A stretch of 64,000 bases of DNA from Planctomycetota bacterium (GTDB lineage: Bacteria; Planctomycetota; UBA8108; SXIK01): contig OZ244999.1 in assembly GCA_965223265.1 (NCBI GenBank), forward strand, positions 4,512,001-4,576,000. The letters run 5' to 3'. This document shows positions 37,785-46,929 of this stretch, one piece after another. A model generated the notes under the pieces. It searched no databases and had not been told where the DNA came from. It was given only the letters and a program-made list of their open reading frames with translations. The position numbers were made by a program, and so were the translations under genes. Each line of letters starts with the position of its first letter. Positions within the stretch are counted from its first letter, which is position 1.

Positions 37785-37813
37785 ATAATACCGACGGTAA
37801 AATTCAGAGTCAA
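37785..37813 (-). promoter_or_regulatory. sigma70-like promoter, about 630 nt upstream of the 648-aa gene
   Basis: TTGACT-N17-TATTAT. Confidence 0.5.
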
Positions 37814-38025
37814 ATCTGATCTTGACCAAAAAGCCCGCTGCGCCTCAGGCACGAAGCTCGCCCCAAGTGAGGGTCACGGCGCCGCGTTGAAGTCGTGATT
37901 CGGCACGACTCATTCGCTAAGTCTGGCGGTTCAGGGCACGTGTTGGCGTTCTTTCAACCGGTTGTTAGGGGCCCCGAATCGTCGATGCCCTGCGGAAGCT
38001 TGGCGGCGACTCTCAAGCCGCAGGG

Positions 38026-39246
38026 TCAATCGCTGGGTGGCGCTGACGTCACTTCCCGGAATCGGCGCCGGAGAAAATTGAACGCCTTGCGCGACATGTA
38101 AGCGGCCATGAGTAGCGACGTGTAATGCCCCGTCGGCAGAATCTCACACTCGGGGTGCTGCAACTTCTCTTTGAGGAGAAGGCCGTTGGCGATCGGGACC
38201 TTGTCGTCGTGGCGTGCGAGCACCAGGAGCACCCGCTCGTTCGAAATCGCCGCAGCGTAGTGACCTGGCTCCAGCACCAAGTGGTGCGCGAACTCATCGC
38301 GAACCTCGCTCGCAGTGACGCCATGTGCCCGCCATCGCCTCTTCAGATAGTGAGTGACGCCGTACTCGTTTGAGTCTTGGAGAATGTCAGGCAGATCAAC
38401 TCCACCAATGCAGAGCACGTTCGCCACGAGAAGCGGCTCAACCGCGATGAGCGGCACGTTACGAATCGCCCCAAGGCTGATCCCAAGGCTGCCGATCCGG
38501 CGACGATCGACGTCCGGCAACGTCGCCATGAGATGAAGGATCTTGCGGTTGTCCACCAGAGTCTCGCGCAGGAGGGCGTCGTGTCCCAGGGCATCAAGTT
38601 GCGCCGACAGAATACTGTCTTCCTGGTAGACGAAAAACGCTGACATACCGACGCTCGCCGCGTAGCGACAAAAGAGTCGAGAAGGCACGTAGTCACTCGC
38701 TGCGCCGGCAAGAATCGGCGCCACGAGCACAAGCGGCACAGCCTCCCCCACCAGCCTTCTCTTGGTGCGGTAGTACTCACCTTTGACCGTCTTGAATCGC
38801 TGCGTCGTCTCCGAGTACGTCGTCGCCGAAATCCTTAAGCACTCAAATCCAGCCGTTTCACTGACCGGATCAAGGCGCAGATCGAACGCACGGTGCCGCG
38901 GCGTCAACGGAGCCGTGAACGCGGCTTCAAGTTGGCGCAGCGGGCGGGTAGGCGCCTGACGCGGCAGGTGCTCGCAGGAGCAAACGCACAAAATCAAACA
39001 GGCGAGCCAGAGACGGCGTCGGATGCGGAGAAACGCGCGGAGCCAAGCGTTTGCGTTTGCGTTTGCGTTTGCGTGGGCGTGGGCGTGGGCGATTCTGTCT
39101 CTGTCTCTGTCTCTGTCTCTGTCTCTGTCTCTGTCTCTGTCTCTGTCTCTGTCTCTGTCTCTGTCTCTGTCTCTGTCTCTGTCTCTGTCTCTGTCTCTGT
39201 CTCTGTCTCTGTCTCTGTCTCTCTCCAAGAGCATCCCCGTGCTCAC
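38026..39246 (-). CDS. Alpha/beta-hydrolase-fold protein, probable lipoprotein
   Basis: GISLGA nucleophile elbow, ARHDDKVP and PTGHY; lipobox LCVCSC; GTG start overlaps the upstream TGA. Confidence 0.75.
   Translation of the reverse strand: MSTGMLLERDRDRDRDRDRDRDRDRDRDRDRDRDRDRDRDRDRDRDRDRDRIAHAHAHANANANANAWLRAFLRIRRRLWLACLILCVCSCEHLPRQAPTRPLRQLEAAFTAPLTPRHRAFDLRLDPVSETAGFECLRISATTYSETTQRFKTVKGEYYRTKRRLVGEAVPLVLVAPILAGAASDYVPSRLFCRYAASVGMSAFFVYQEDSILSAQLDALGHDALLRETLVDNRKILHLMATLPDVDRRRIGSLGISLGAIRNVPLIAVEPLLVANVLCIGGVDLPDILQDSNEYGVTHYLKRRWRAHGVTASEVRDEFAHHLVLEPGHYAAAISNERVLLVLARHDDKVPIANGLLLKEKLQHPECEILPTGHYTSLLMAAYMSRKAFNFLRRRFREVTSAPPSD
39047..39222. repeat. Hexanucleotide microsatellite: (GACAGA)21 on the minus strand plus adjacent (GCGTTT)4(GCGTGG)3 on the plus strand
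   Basis: Perfect TCTCTG array at 39094-39222, directly visible. Confidence 0.97.
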
Positions 39247-40400
39247 CCCTTAACCTCAGCTTTTTGGCGCAGTCGACGCATCAGTTCCTGGCGCTCCTCG
39301 ACTGTCGGCGCGCGGTTGCGATAGAGCGCCTCAACGTCCGCCTTGACGTCGTCTAGCTTCGTCGTCCGGCGCTCGACGAGCTCGACGATATGCGCTCCTT
39401 CTGAAGACATGATCACGCCACTGCGCGGGGCCTGCGGCGTCAGCTGTGCGACGGTCCGCTCAAACTCTTCGCCGTAAATCCCCTTGCGGTACTGAGGGAT
39501 GCGCCCGTCATTCTCACGTCCGACGGGATCATCGGTGTACTGCCTGACCGCCTGGCCAAAGTCGAGTCCGGCATCCAGCTCGGCGAGTACTCGCGTGGCT
39601 TGCGTCTGTGCCTCCGAAGGGCCACGCCGCACGTTGCGGCCCACTGGTTTGAGCGCGATCAGAATGTGCCTGAGCACCAGCTGCACCCCACCGGGTCCAT
39701 AGACGCGTTCGAACTCGCGCTCGAGCAGGGCGTCCGTGACCTCGCGGGTTTGGCGAATGACTTCGTCCTCCAGAGTCGCGTAGTAGATTCTCTGGCGTCG
39801 CCGCGCTCTGTATTCGTCGATCGAAGTTCGACGGGCGCGCAGTGCCGCCGCAAACTTCTGCTCATCACCGCTGTATCGGCTCGCGACCACACGCTTCATC
39901 TCTTCGGCAAGCTCGGTCTCAACTTGCGACGGCGCGACTTCGATCTGCAAACGGTTCGCCTCCTCCTCGAGCAAGATGCGGTTGATGTACTCGTCGAGCC
40001 TTGACTTGCCGAATGTCGCAACCAAGTAGCTCGCGTACTCTTCGAGAGTGACGTCGCGGTTGTTGACCCTCGCCAACACGCCCTGGGGAAGTGGAGCCAC
40101 CGGGGCCCTTCCTGTTTCACCAGCCGCGCTGGACGGCGGAGCCTGCGATGCGTCGGGCGACTTGGCCTCTTGCACTGCAGGCGTCCCTGCCGCCGGGTCT
40201 GCCGCGTTCTCCTGCGCCGAAACAGTCGCGGCCGCGATCCAGGCGAGGACGAAAGCCGCGGCGCACCGCACCACTGCCGGCGACCGCCCCGTCCACGCTC
40301 CGGCGCATTCGATGCGTTGCGATGCGAATCGGTACCGCGCCCTAAGGCGCAAGATCTTAACTATCAACGGCTTGCCAGAAAGGAAACAGAGTCGGTCCAT
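39243..40400 (-). CDS. Parvulin-type peptidyl-prolyl isomerase (PrsA/SurA-like; start uncertain)
   Basis: LARVNNRDVT, LRHILI, FGQAVRQYTDD and SSEGAHIVEL. Confidence 0.8.
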   Translation of the reverse strand: MDRLCFLSGKPLIVKILRLRARYRFASQRIECAGAWTGRSPAVVRCAAAFVLAWIAAATVSAQENAADPAAGTPAVQEAKSPDASQAPPSSAAGETGRAPVAPLPQGVLARVNNRDVTLEEYASYLVATFGKSRLDEYINRILLEEEANRLQIEVAPSQVETELAEEMKRVVASRYSGDEQKFAAALRARRTSIDEYRARRRQRIYYATLEDEVIRQTREVTDALLEREFERVYGPGGVQLVLRHILIALKPVGRNVRRGPSEAQTQATRVLAELDAGLDFGQAVRQYTDDPVGRENDGRIPQYRKGIYGEEFERTVAQLTPQAPRSGVIMSSEGAHIVELVERRTTKLDDVKADVEALYRNRAPTVEERQELMRRLRQKAEVKG

Positions 40401-40768
40401 GCGTTCACCTCCGCGGCTCTGAAACACCCTGCGCACCGATCGCCCCCTCCACAACCTGGAGGAAGGGAGGAGCCATCGGCCGCGCCGGCGAAACTTGAGA
40501 ACATCGCCTCCAAGAGACGTTCCCCGGCCGGCAAACATTCACCACGCTTGCGCTCACCGAACGCAAGCCGCGCGTCCAGAGCCTTCGCCCCCCTATCATC
40601 GGCCGACGCCAGCAGATATGTGCGCCTGTAGGCTCCCGCGGCGCAGTTATCAGCCGTTGGTCGCCCTATGATCAGCCGAACCGCGGACGAGCCATTCATC
40701 CGCTTAGTGGCACGACGCCTGCATGTCGCCGGCAGAAGCCTTTGGGCGCCGCCGGCTGTCCTCTGGGG

Positions 40769-41212
40769 CTATTCCTTGCTCTCGTCTTCGGCGTCGGAAC
40801 TGCCGTCTTCTTCGGCGGAGACGGTCACGGCTGCCTCGGGTTGATCCTGGACGAACCCGAAGATCACCTGCGCCGCTTTGTCACCAAGGCGGCGCTCGCC
40901 GCTCCTGAGGACCCGCGTGTACCCACCCGGACGCGACCGGTAGGCGGGACCGATCTCCTCGAAGAGCTTGTGCACCATATCTTCATCGCGCAGCAGCTTG
41001 AGGCCGCGACGGTAGTTGTGCAGAGTCTTGTTGCGCCCGAGCGAGATGAGCTTTTCGACGAACGGTTGCACGAACTTCGCCTTTTGCCGCGTCGTCACGA
41101 TATATCCGCGGCCGCCGTATTCCAGAAACAGGCTGCGAGCAAGGTTACGCCTCAGGGCCAGCCGGTGGGCCGTGCTGCGATTGAGCTTTCTTCCGTGAAT
41201 TCGATGTCGCAT
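40769..41212 (-). CDS. rplQ: 50S ribosomal protein L17
   Basis: MRHRIHGRKLNR, RPGGYTRV. Confidence 0.97.
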   Translation of the reverse strand: MRHRIHGRKLNRSTAHRLALRRNLARSLFLEYGGRGYIVTTRQKAKFVQPFVEKLISLGRNKTLHNYRRGLKLLRDEDMVHKLFEEIGPAYRSRPGGYTRVLRSGERRLGDKAAQVIFGFVQDQPEAAVTVSAEEDGSSDAEDESKE

Positions 41213-41230
41213 GGGAGGTAATCCTTCGGC

Positions 41231-41278
41231 GCTATCTTTCCGAGCTATGCCTTTCCGAGCTATGCCTTTCCGCTATGC
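41231..41278. repeat. Short tandem repeat (GCTATGCCTTTCCGA, about 3.5 copies) including the rpoA stop codon
   Basis: Directly visible. Confidence 0.8.
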
Positions 41279-42289
41279 GTCGCCAGGCACGACGGCTTCC
41301 GACCCGGGCACATTCATACCAAGGCTGAGGCCAAAGTTCCCTAACTTCGTCTGGATCTCCAGTAGCGTGGTCCGACCGAAGTTCCGCACCTTAAGGAGTT
41401 CGGTCTCACTCCTTCCGACCAGGTCGCCGACCACTTTGATCTCCGCCGTCTCGAGACAGTTGAGCGCCCGAGCTGAGAGGTCGAGATTGGTGACGGGCAT
41501 GGTCAGTTTACGGCGAAACTCCTCGGAGTCGTCGACAAGCGCTTCTTCTTGCAGCATGGCTTCGTCGCGCTGCAGCGTGTAACCAATATCCTGGTACTGA
41601 ATGAACGGGTTGAGATGCTTGCGCAAGATTTTCGCCGCTTCGACGAGCGCCATCTCAGGTGCAACCGTACCGCTCGTCCAAATCTCGAGGATGAGTCGGT
41701 CATAGTTCGTCACCTGGCCGACGCGAGTGTCCTCAGTGTTCGTGCGTACGCGGCTGACTGGAGAGAACGAGGAGTCCATCCAGATGACGCCGATCTCGTT
41801 ATCACCCTCGGCGTTCTCCTCCGCCGTCAGATAGCCGCGCCCCTTGCGGACTTCCAGGTCAACGTGAAACGGCACATCTTCGGTCAACGTGGCAATCAAA
41901 AGGTCGGGGTTGACGATCTTGACCTCCGGACCGTGCTCGATATCCGCGGCTCGGACTTCACCCTTCTTGTCGCGTCGGATGCGCATATCGGCAACCTCGC
42001 CGTCGAAGAGCACAAGCAACACGCTCTTGAGATTCAGGATGATGTCCGTGACATCTTCGTAGACGCCGGAGAGCGTCGAAAACTCATGCTGTGCACCTTC
42101 AATCTTGGCGCGAACGATCGCTGCCCCTTCAAGTGAAGAGAGCAAGATGCGACGAAGACTGTTTCCAACAGTCGTGCCGAACCCACGCTCGAACGGTTCG
42201 ACGATGAACTTGCCGTAATCCGGTGTGCGCGTAGAGTCTTCGCAGATCACAGAATTGGGGATCTCAAAATCCCGCCACCGAATGCGCAT
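41273..42289 (-). CDS. rpoA: RNA polymerase alpha subunit
   Basis: EPFERGFGTTVGNSLRRILLSS, C-terminal NFGRTTL. Confidence 0.98.
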   Translation of the reverse strand: MRIRWRDFEIPNSVICEDSTRTPDYGKFIVEPFERGFGTTVGNSLRRILLSSLEGAAIVRAKIEGAQHEFSTLSGVYEDVTDIILNLKSVLLVLFDGEVADMRIRRDKKGEVRAADIEHGPEVKIVNPDLLIATLTEDVPFHVDLEVRKGRGYLTAEENAEGDNEIGVIWMDSSFSPVSRVRTNTEDTRVGQVTNYDRLILEIWTSGTVAPEMALVEAAKILRKHLNPFIQYQDIGYTLQRDEAMLQEEALVDDSEEFRRKLTMPVTNLDLSARALNCLETAEIKVVGDLVGRSETELLKVRNFGRTTLLEIQTKLGNFGLSLGMNVPGSEAVVPGDA

Positions 42290-42424
42290 CGAATCACCTC
42301 CCACGAAGAGTTGCAGTCTGAAATATCGCGGACAATCGACCAACCACGCCGTCGCTCAGCAAAGAGGCGACGTCTCTCTCACCAGCGGTCGCGTCTCGCG
42401 TCGGACACAGGAGCACGAACCGGA

Positions 42425-42796
42425 TCAAACACGACGACGCTTCCGAGGCCGACAGCCGTTGTGCGGCAGCGGCGTCACGTCTTCGATCATCTTGACATCG
42501 AGGCCTGCGCCCTGAATGGCACGAATCGCTGACTCGCGACCGGAACCAGGTCCACGCACGCGGACGTCGACTTCCTTCATGCCCATTTTCTTAGCTTTAA
42601 TGGCGCACTGCTCAGCCGCACGTTGAGCGGCGAACGGCGTGCTCTTACGACTTCCTTTGAAACCGATCGTTCCTCCCGACTCCCAGCAGAGTGTGGCACC
42701 GCTGCGGTCAGCAATCGTCACGATCGTGTTGTTGAAGGTCGCACTTATGTGAACGATGCCTTTGACAACGTTCTTCTTGATCTTCTTTTTCGCCAT
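42425..42796 (-). CDS. rpsK: 30S ribosomal protein S11
   Basis: [19 protein letters not shown]. Confidence 0.98.
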   Translation of the reverse strand: MAKKKIKKNVVKGIVHISATFNNTIVTIADRSGATLCWESGGTIGFKGSRKSTPFAAQRAAEQCAIKAKKMGMKEVDVRVRGPGSGRESAIRAIQGAGLDVKMIEDVTPLPHNGCRPRKRRRV

Positions 42797-42926
42797 CCGA
42801 TTCTCTCTATGCTCCGGAGCCGTCCAGCACGCGCCGGTCGCTCAACAGCAACCTCATCAATCCAACGCAATGAATATAATTTAAATGTGCGGCAGGGCGG
42901 TTCCGCGTGGCCGAGTAGGCCACCAA

Positions 42927-43307
42927 CTAACGCATCTGCTTGATGCTCTTTTTCGTCGCGACAACCTTCTTGGGTCCTTTGCGCGTTCGCGCGTTGGTCC
43001 GCGTATGCTGTCCACGCACCGGCAAGCCACGGCGATGTCGAGAGCCGCGGTAACAGGTGATCGACACCAACCGGCTAATGTTTTCCTTCGTCGCGCGCTT
43101 GAGATTTCCCTCCGTGGGATACTCGTCGACCACGGCCGCAAGCCGTGCCACCTCTTCGTCGCTGAGGTCCTTGGTTCGAATCGTCGTGTCGATCCCTGCC
43201 TTGGTGCAGACTTCGTATGCCAAGGTCCGTCCGATTCCGTGAATGTAAGTGAGCGCGATGCGGAGTCGCTTGTCCGGGGGTACGTCCACTCCGGCGATGC
43301 GTGGCAT
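42927..43307 (-). CDS. rpsM: 30S ribosomal protein S13
   Basis: [26 protein letters not shown]. Confidence 0.98.
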   Translation of the reverse strand: MPRIAGVDVPPDKRLRIALTYIHGIGRTLAYEVCTKAGIDTTIRTKDLSDEEVARLAAVVDEYPTEGNLKRATKENISRLVSITCYRGSRHRRGLPVRGQHTRTNARTRKGPKKVVATKKSIKQMR

Positions 43308-43462
43308 GCGAAACCTCTCGATTGAATTCTGTTGAAGAACGTGGTGCGAAAAACAGTCGGCGCTGCATGGCGTGCGCGTCGGTCGTGACAACCGACTTGC
43401 GCGCGCCTCGGCACGTCACGCCAGCGACGGGCCGCGGGGCAGCGAGCGTCAAAACGCGGCGA

Positions 43463-43576
43463 TCAAGACTGCCGCTGCTTGTGCCGCGGATTGATGCAAA
43501 TCACCCGCAAAACGCCGCGGCGGCGAATGATCTTGCAGTTCTCGCACATGCGCTTTACCGAAGATCTAACCTTCAT
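43463..43576 (-). CDS. rpmJ: 50S ribosomal protein L36 (zinc-binding type; below the ORF track cutoff)
   Basis: Manual translation [37 protein letters not shown]. Confidence 0.97.
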   Translation of the reverse strand: MKVRSSVKRMCENCKIIRRRGVLRVICINPRHKQRQS

Positions 43577-43623
43577 GCTCTGACCTGAAAGAATTCTGTC
43601 CTAAGAATCACGCCGAACTTCCG

Positions 43624-43875
43624 CTAGACGTGCGAAGAATGCTGTGGATCGGAACCTGTTAACGAATTGAGGACGATGCGACCACGTCCGTGATCATAAG
43701 GCGACAATTCCACAACGACCTGATTCCCCGGCAAGATGCGCGTGCTCGTCAGTCGCAGCCCTTCAGAAAGGTGGGCGACGATCTCTTGACCCGTGTCGAG
43801 CTCGACGCGGTAAAGGGCGCTCGGAAGTACGGCCTTAACCTCGCCAGCGGCGCGAACCGCATGTGAACTCTTCAT
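43624..43875 (-). CDS. infA: Translation initiation factor IF-1 (divergent)
   Basis: LPSALYRVEL, RILPG..VELSPYD..RGRI; canonical map-infA-rpmJ position. Confidence 0.85.
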   Translation of the reverse strand: MKSSHAVRAAGEVKAVLPSALYRVELDTGQEIVAHLSEGLRLTSTRILPGNQVVVELSPYDHGRGRIVLNSLTGSDPQHSSHV

Positions 43876-44093
43876 GGAACGCCGTTCACAAGGTGTTCGG
43901 ACAACAGCGTCGGCTCCGAGCTTCGTGACCCGACAAGACTTTCGCGACTCAATGAACCAGTCAAAAGAATGCCGCAGCCGAGCGCGAGGCGCCGCCGCGG
44001 ACGACAGATCATGCCCCGCTCGCTGCCGTAACCCCTCAGAGAACTAGTCCTTAGCAAGGGTCGCCCGGCGCAGAACAGGCCACAAACCGTCGG

Positions 44094-44122
44094 ATTATGT
44101 CGATCCTGTGAGCGAATGAAAA
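44094..44122 (-). promoter_or_regulatory. sigma70-like promoter for infA/alpha operon
   Basis: TTTTCA-N17-CATAAT with an AT-rich upstream tract. Confidence 0.55.
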
Positions 44123-44177
44123 GAAAATTTTTGGGCGATTTTTCTCACCCGCTGGTGCCGCAACCCGCAGTCGGATC

Positions 44178-44936
44178 TCAGGGAAGGGTCAAGATCTCAG
44201 GGCCCTGCGCCGTGATCGCCACGGTGTGCTCGAAATGAACGGACAACTCGCGATCCTTTGTCACCACGGTCCAGCCGTCATCTAGCGTCTCGACGTCCTC
44301 GGAGCCGGCATTCACCATGGGCTCAATCGCCAGCACCATGCCCGGCTTCAGAACCGGGTCAGGCTTCGGCAGGCGGGATTCCACATAGTTGGGCACCTGC
44401 GGATCCTCATGCAGGTTGGTTCCGATCCCGTGGCCGACGAATTGCTTGACGACCGAGTACCCCAGCCCCTCGACGTAGGACTGAATGGCACGGCCGATAT
44501 CTGAGACTCGGTCGCCGGGACGGCAGGCGGAAATGCCGCGCCCGAGCGCCTCCTCCCCGGCATGGAGGAGCGCCTCGACCTCAGGGTCCACCGTGCCGAC
44601 GGGAAACGTCCACGCAGAGTCGCCACAGAAGCCGCGCAGCCGAACCCCGATGTCGACACTGACGATGTCCCCCTCGCGCAGCTTACGTCGTTTCTTCGGA
44701 ATCCCGTGCACCACCTCGCTGTTGATTGAGATGCACGAGTTGGCTGGAAAGCCGCGGTAGCGATAGAAGAGCAGGCTGCCACCACGCTCGGTGACGAAGT
44801 CTCGCACCATTTCATCGATCGTGAGGGTCGTGATGCCCGGCTCGACCAGCTCGCGGACAGCGCGATGGGCCTGCGCCACGATGCGCCCCGCCTCACGCAT
44901 TCTCTCAATCTGATCGCTCGTCTTGAACTGAATCAC
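44178..44936 (-). CDS. map: Methionine aminopeptidase type I
   Basis: VVHGIP, GHGIG..LHEDP, AIEPM, HFEHT. Confidence 0.97.
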   Translation of the reverse strand: MIQFKTSDQIERMREAGRIVAQAHRAVRELVEPGITTLTIDEMVRDFVTERGGSLLFYRYRGFPANSCISINSEVVHGIPKKRRKLREGDIVSVDIGVRLRGFCGDSAWTFPVGTVDPEVEALLHAGEEALGRGISACRPGDRVSDIGRAIQSYVEGLGYSVVKQFVGHGIGTNLHEDPQVPNYVESRLPKPDPVLKPGMVLAIEPMVNAGSEDVETLDDGWTVVTKDRELSVHFEHTVAITAQGPEILTLP

Positions 44937-45015
44937 ACTACGTAGCTTTCCCGTCCGAGAAACCGAGCTTGCAGGACACGGGAAAACCCGTCAACAGCCT
45001 GTTGAGCACAAACGG

Positions 45016-46398
45016 CTACAGGGTCTTGTCCTTGTCCGGCGTCCGGCTACTGCCGGTACTCTCGTCGCCGCGCACGAAACCTTCGTACTGCCGCACGAGG
45101 AGCTGCGCCTCAATCTTGTCGTCAAGGTCGAGTGCAACACCGACAACGATGAGTATCCCGGTGCCGCCGAGCAGCGCGGACACAAGGAGATCGATGTCCA
45201 TGGACTGTGTAATCAGTTGCGGCGCCAGAGCGATGAGGCTGAGAAATGCGGCCCCGGCCAAGGTGATGCGCTTGATGATGCGATCGATGTATTCTGCCGT
45301 TCGCTTGCCCGGCCGAATGCCGGGAATGAAGCTGCCGTACTCCTTCATGTTATTCGCGATCTCGACGGGGTTGAACATCAGCCCGGTCCAGAAGTACGTG
45401 AAGAAGAAGATGAGCACGACATACAGGGTGATGTACAGAAAACCGTTGTAGGCGAACGCATTCGCGACTCCGGCGAGAGCTCGCGAGAAGAACGTGTCGC
45501 CGCTGGTCATTCCAGCAAAGAAGCTCATGATGCCCTGAGGGACGATCATGAGAGTCTGTGCGAAGATGATCGGCAAGACACCTGCCGCCAGAATCTTTAG
45601 TGGCATGTAATGGCGCTGACCGCCGTAGACGCGTCGCCCTTTGACCGATCGCTGCTGCTGGACGGGAATCCGTCGCTGCCCCTTGGTGACGAAGACGACA
45701 GCCGCAACGATGCCGATGTAGAGCAAAATGAACACCGCCAGCGTCACCACGGCAAAGGGGCGCGTGTCGGGTGTGGCAGTCTTGATCTGTTCAACGAGGG
45801 TGCCGAACGCACCAGGCATCTCAGCGACAATTCCCGCCATGATGATCAGGGACGTGCCATTGCCGATGCCGAACTCAGAGATCTTCTCGCCGAGCCACAT
45901 GAGAAAGAGACTGCCGACAGTCAGGCAAAGCACCTGCAGCGCCGGGGCGAGAGTCCAACTCAGTGACACGGATTGTCCCTGTGCGTCACTCTGCCAATAG
46001 CTGACCAGAAAGAGGCTCTGCACGACGCATAGGAGAAGTGTCGCGTAGCGAGTGTATTGGTTGATTTTGCGGCGCCCCTGCTCACCCTCCTTCGACAGTG
46101 CCTCGAGCCGCGGAAACACCTTCACCATGAGGCTGAAAATGATCGACGCGGAGATGTACGGCATGATGCCGAGGGAGAAAAGAAACGGCGTGAACGAGCC
46201 GCCGGTGAGCGCTCTCGTGTACTGCAGCCAGCCGAGAAGATCGTCGCCGCCCTGTTGCTGCTTCAACGCGACTTCGTGGTCGATTCCTGGTAGGAAAATA
46301 TAGAATCCAAGCCGATAAATCGCCAGCATCCCGAACGTGAAGAGAATCCTACGTCTGAGCTCGGGAATCTTGAATATGTCTCTGAGAATCTTCAGCAT
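45016..46398 (-). CDS. secY: Preprotein translocase SecY
   Basis: LGIMPYISASII, GIGNGTSLII, FIPGIRPG. Confidence 0.98.
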   Translation of the reverse strand: MLKILRDIFKIPELRRRILFTFGMLAIYRLGFYIFLPGIDHEVALKQQQGGDDLLGWLQYTRALTGGSFTPFLFSLGIMPYISASIIFSLMVKVFPRLEALSKEGEQGRRKINQYTRYATLLLCVVQSLFLVSYWQSDAQGQSVSLSWTLAPALQVLCLTVGSLFLMWLGEKISEFGIGNGTSLIIMAGIVAEMPGAFGTLVEQIKTATPDTRPFAVVTLAVFILLYIGIVAAVVFVTKGQRRIPVQQQRSVKGRRVYGGQRHYMPLKILAAGVLPIIFAQTLMIVPQGIMSFFAGMTSGDTFFSRALAGVANAFAYNGFLYITLYVVLIFFFTYFWTGLMFNPVEIANNMKEYGSFIPGIRPGKRTAEYIDRIIKRITLAGAAFLSLIALAPQLITQSMDIDLLVSALLGGTGILIVVGVALDLDDKIEAQLLVRQYEGFVRGDESTGSSRTPDKDKTL

Positions 46399-46461
46399 TT
46401 GTGACCGTCGGGCGCGCCTTGGCTGCGGCTGCTATCTACTCTTCAATGTCACGCTCTTCTC

Positions 46462-46929
46462 TCACCGCTTCGACTTCCCGGCCTCGAGAAGCTCGACCGA
46501 ACCACCGGCAGCGCTGATTTTTTGCTGCGCGCTGGCGCTGAGCCGATGAGCAAACACCTTGAGCGACTTCGTCAGCTCGCCGGTTCCCAAAACCTTCAGT
46601 CGTCCGTGGCGCGCCTTGATCAGGCCGCGCTCGGCAAGAGCCTCCAGGCGTACCTCGTCGCCGGCTTCGAACGCCTGGTCGAGAACGCTGAGGTTGACAA
46701 TATCATATCGTCGGCGGAACAGGGCGTTACTGAACCCCCTTTTGGGAGTTCGGCGCACTAGGGACATCTGTCCACCCTCGTACGCTTCGCGGCGGCTCCA
46801 GCCGGAGCGTGAGTGGGCACCCTTGTGTCCACGGCCGGCGGTCTTGCCGTTGCCGCTTCCTTGGCCACGTCCGCGGCGCTTGCGCGCCGGACGCCGCCCT
46901 GCTTTCTCCAAGATTTCAGTCAGCTTCAT
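46462..46929 (-). CDS. rplO: 50S ribosomal protein L15
   Basis: GRGQGSGNGKTAGRGHKG, EGGQM. Confidence 0.97.
   Translation of the reverse strand: MKLTEILEKAGRRPARKRRGRGQGSGNGKTAGRGHKGAHSRSGWSRREAYEGGQMSLVRRTPKRGFSNALFRRRYDIVNLSVLDQAFEAGDEVRLEALAERGLIKARHGRLKVLGTGELTKSLKVFAHRLSASAQQKISAAGGSVELLEAGKSKR

Noticed and set aside
39047-39222. CRISPR array
   Set aside because: Simple hexamer repeat with no spacers and no cas genes
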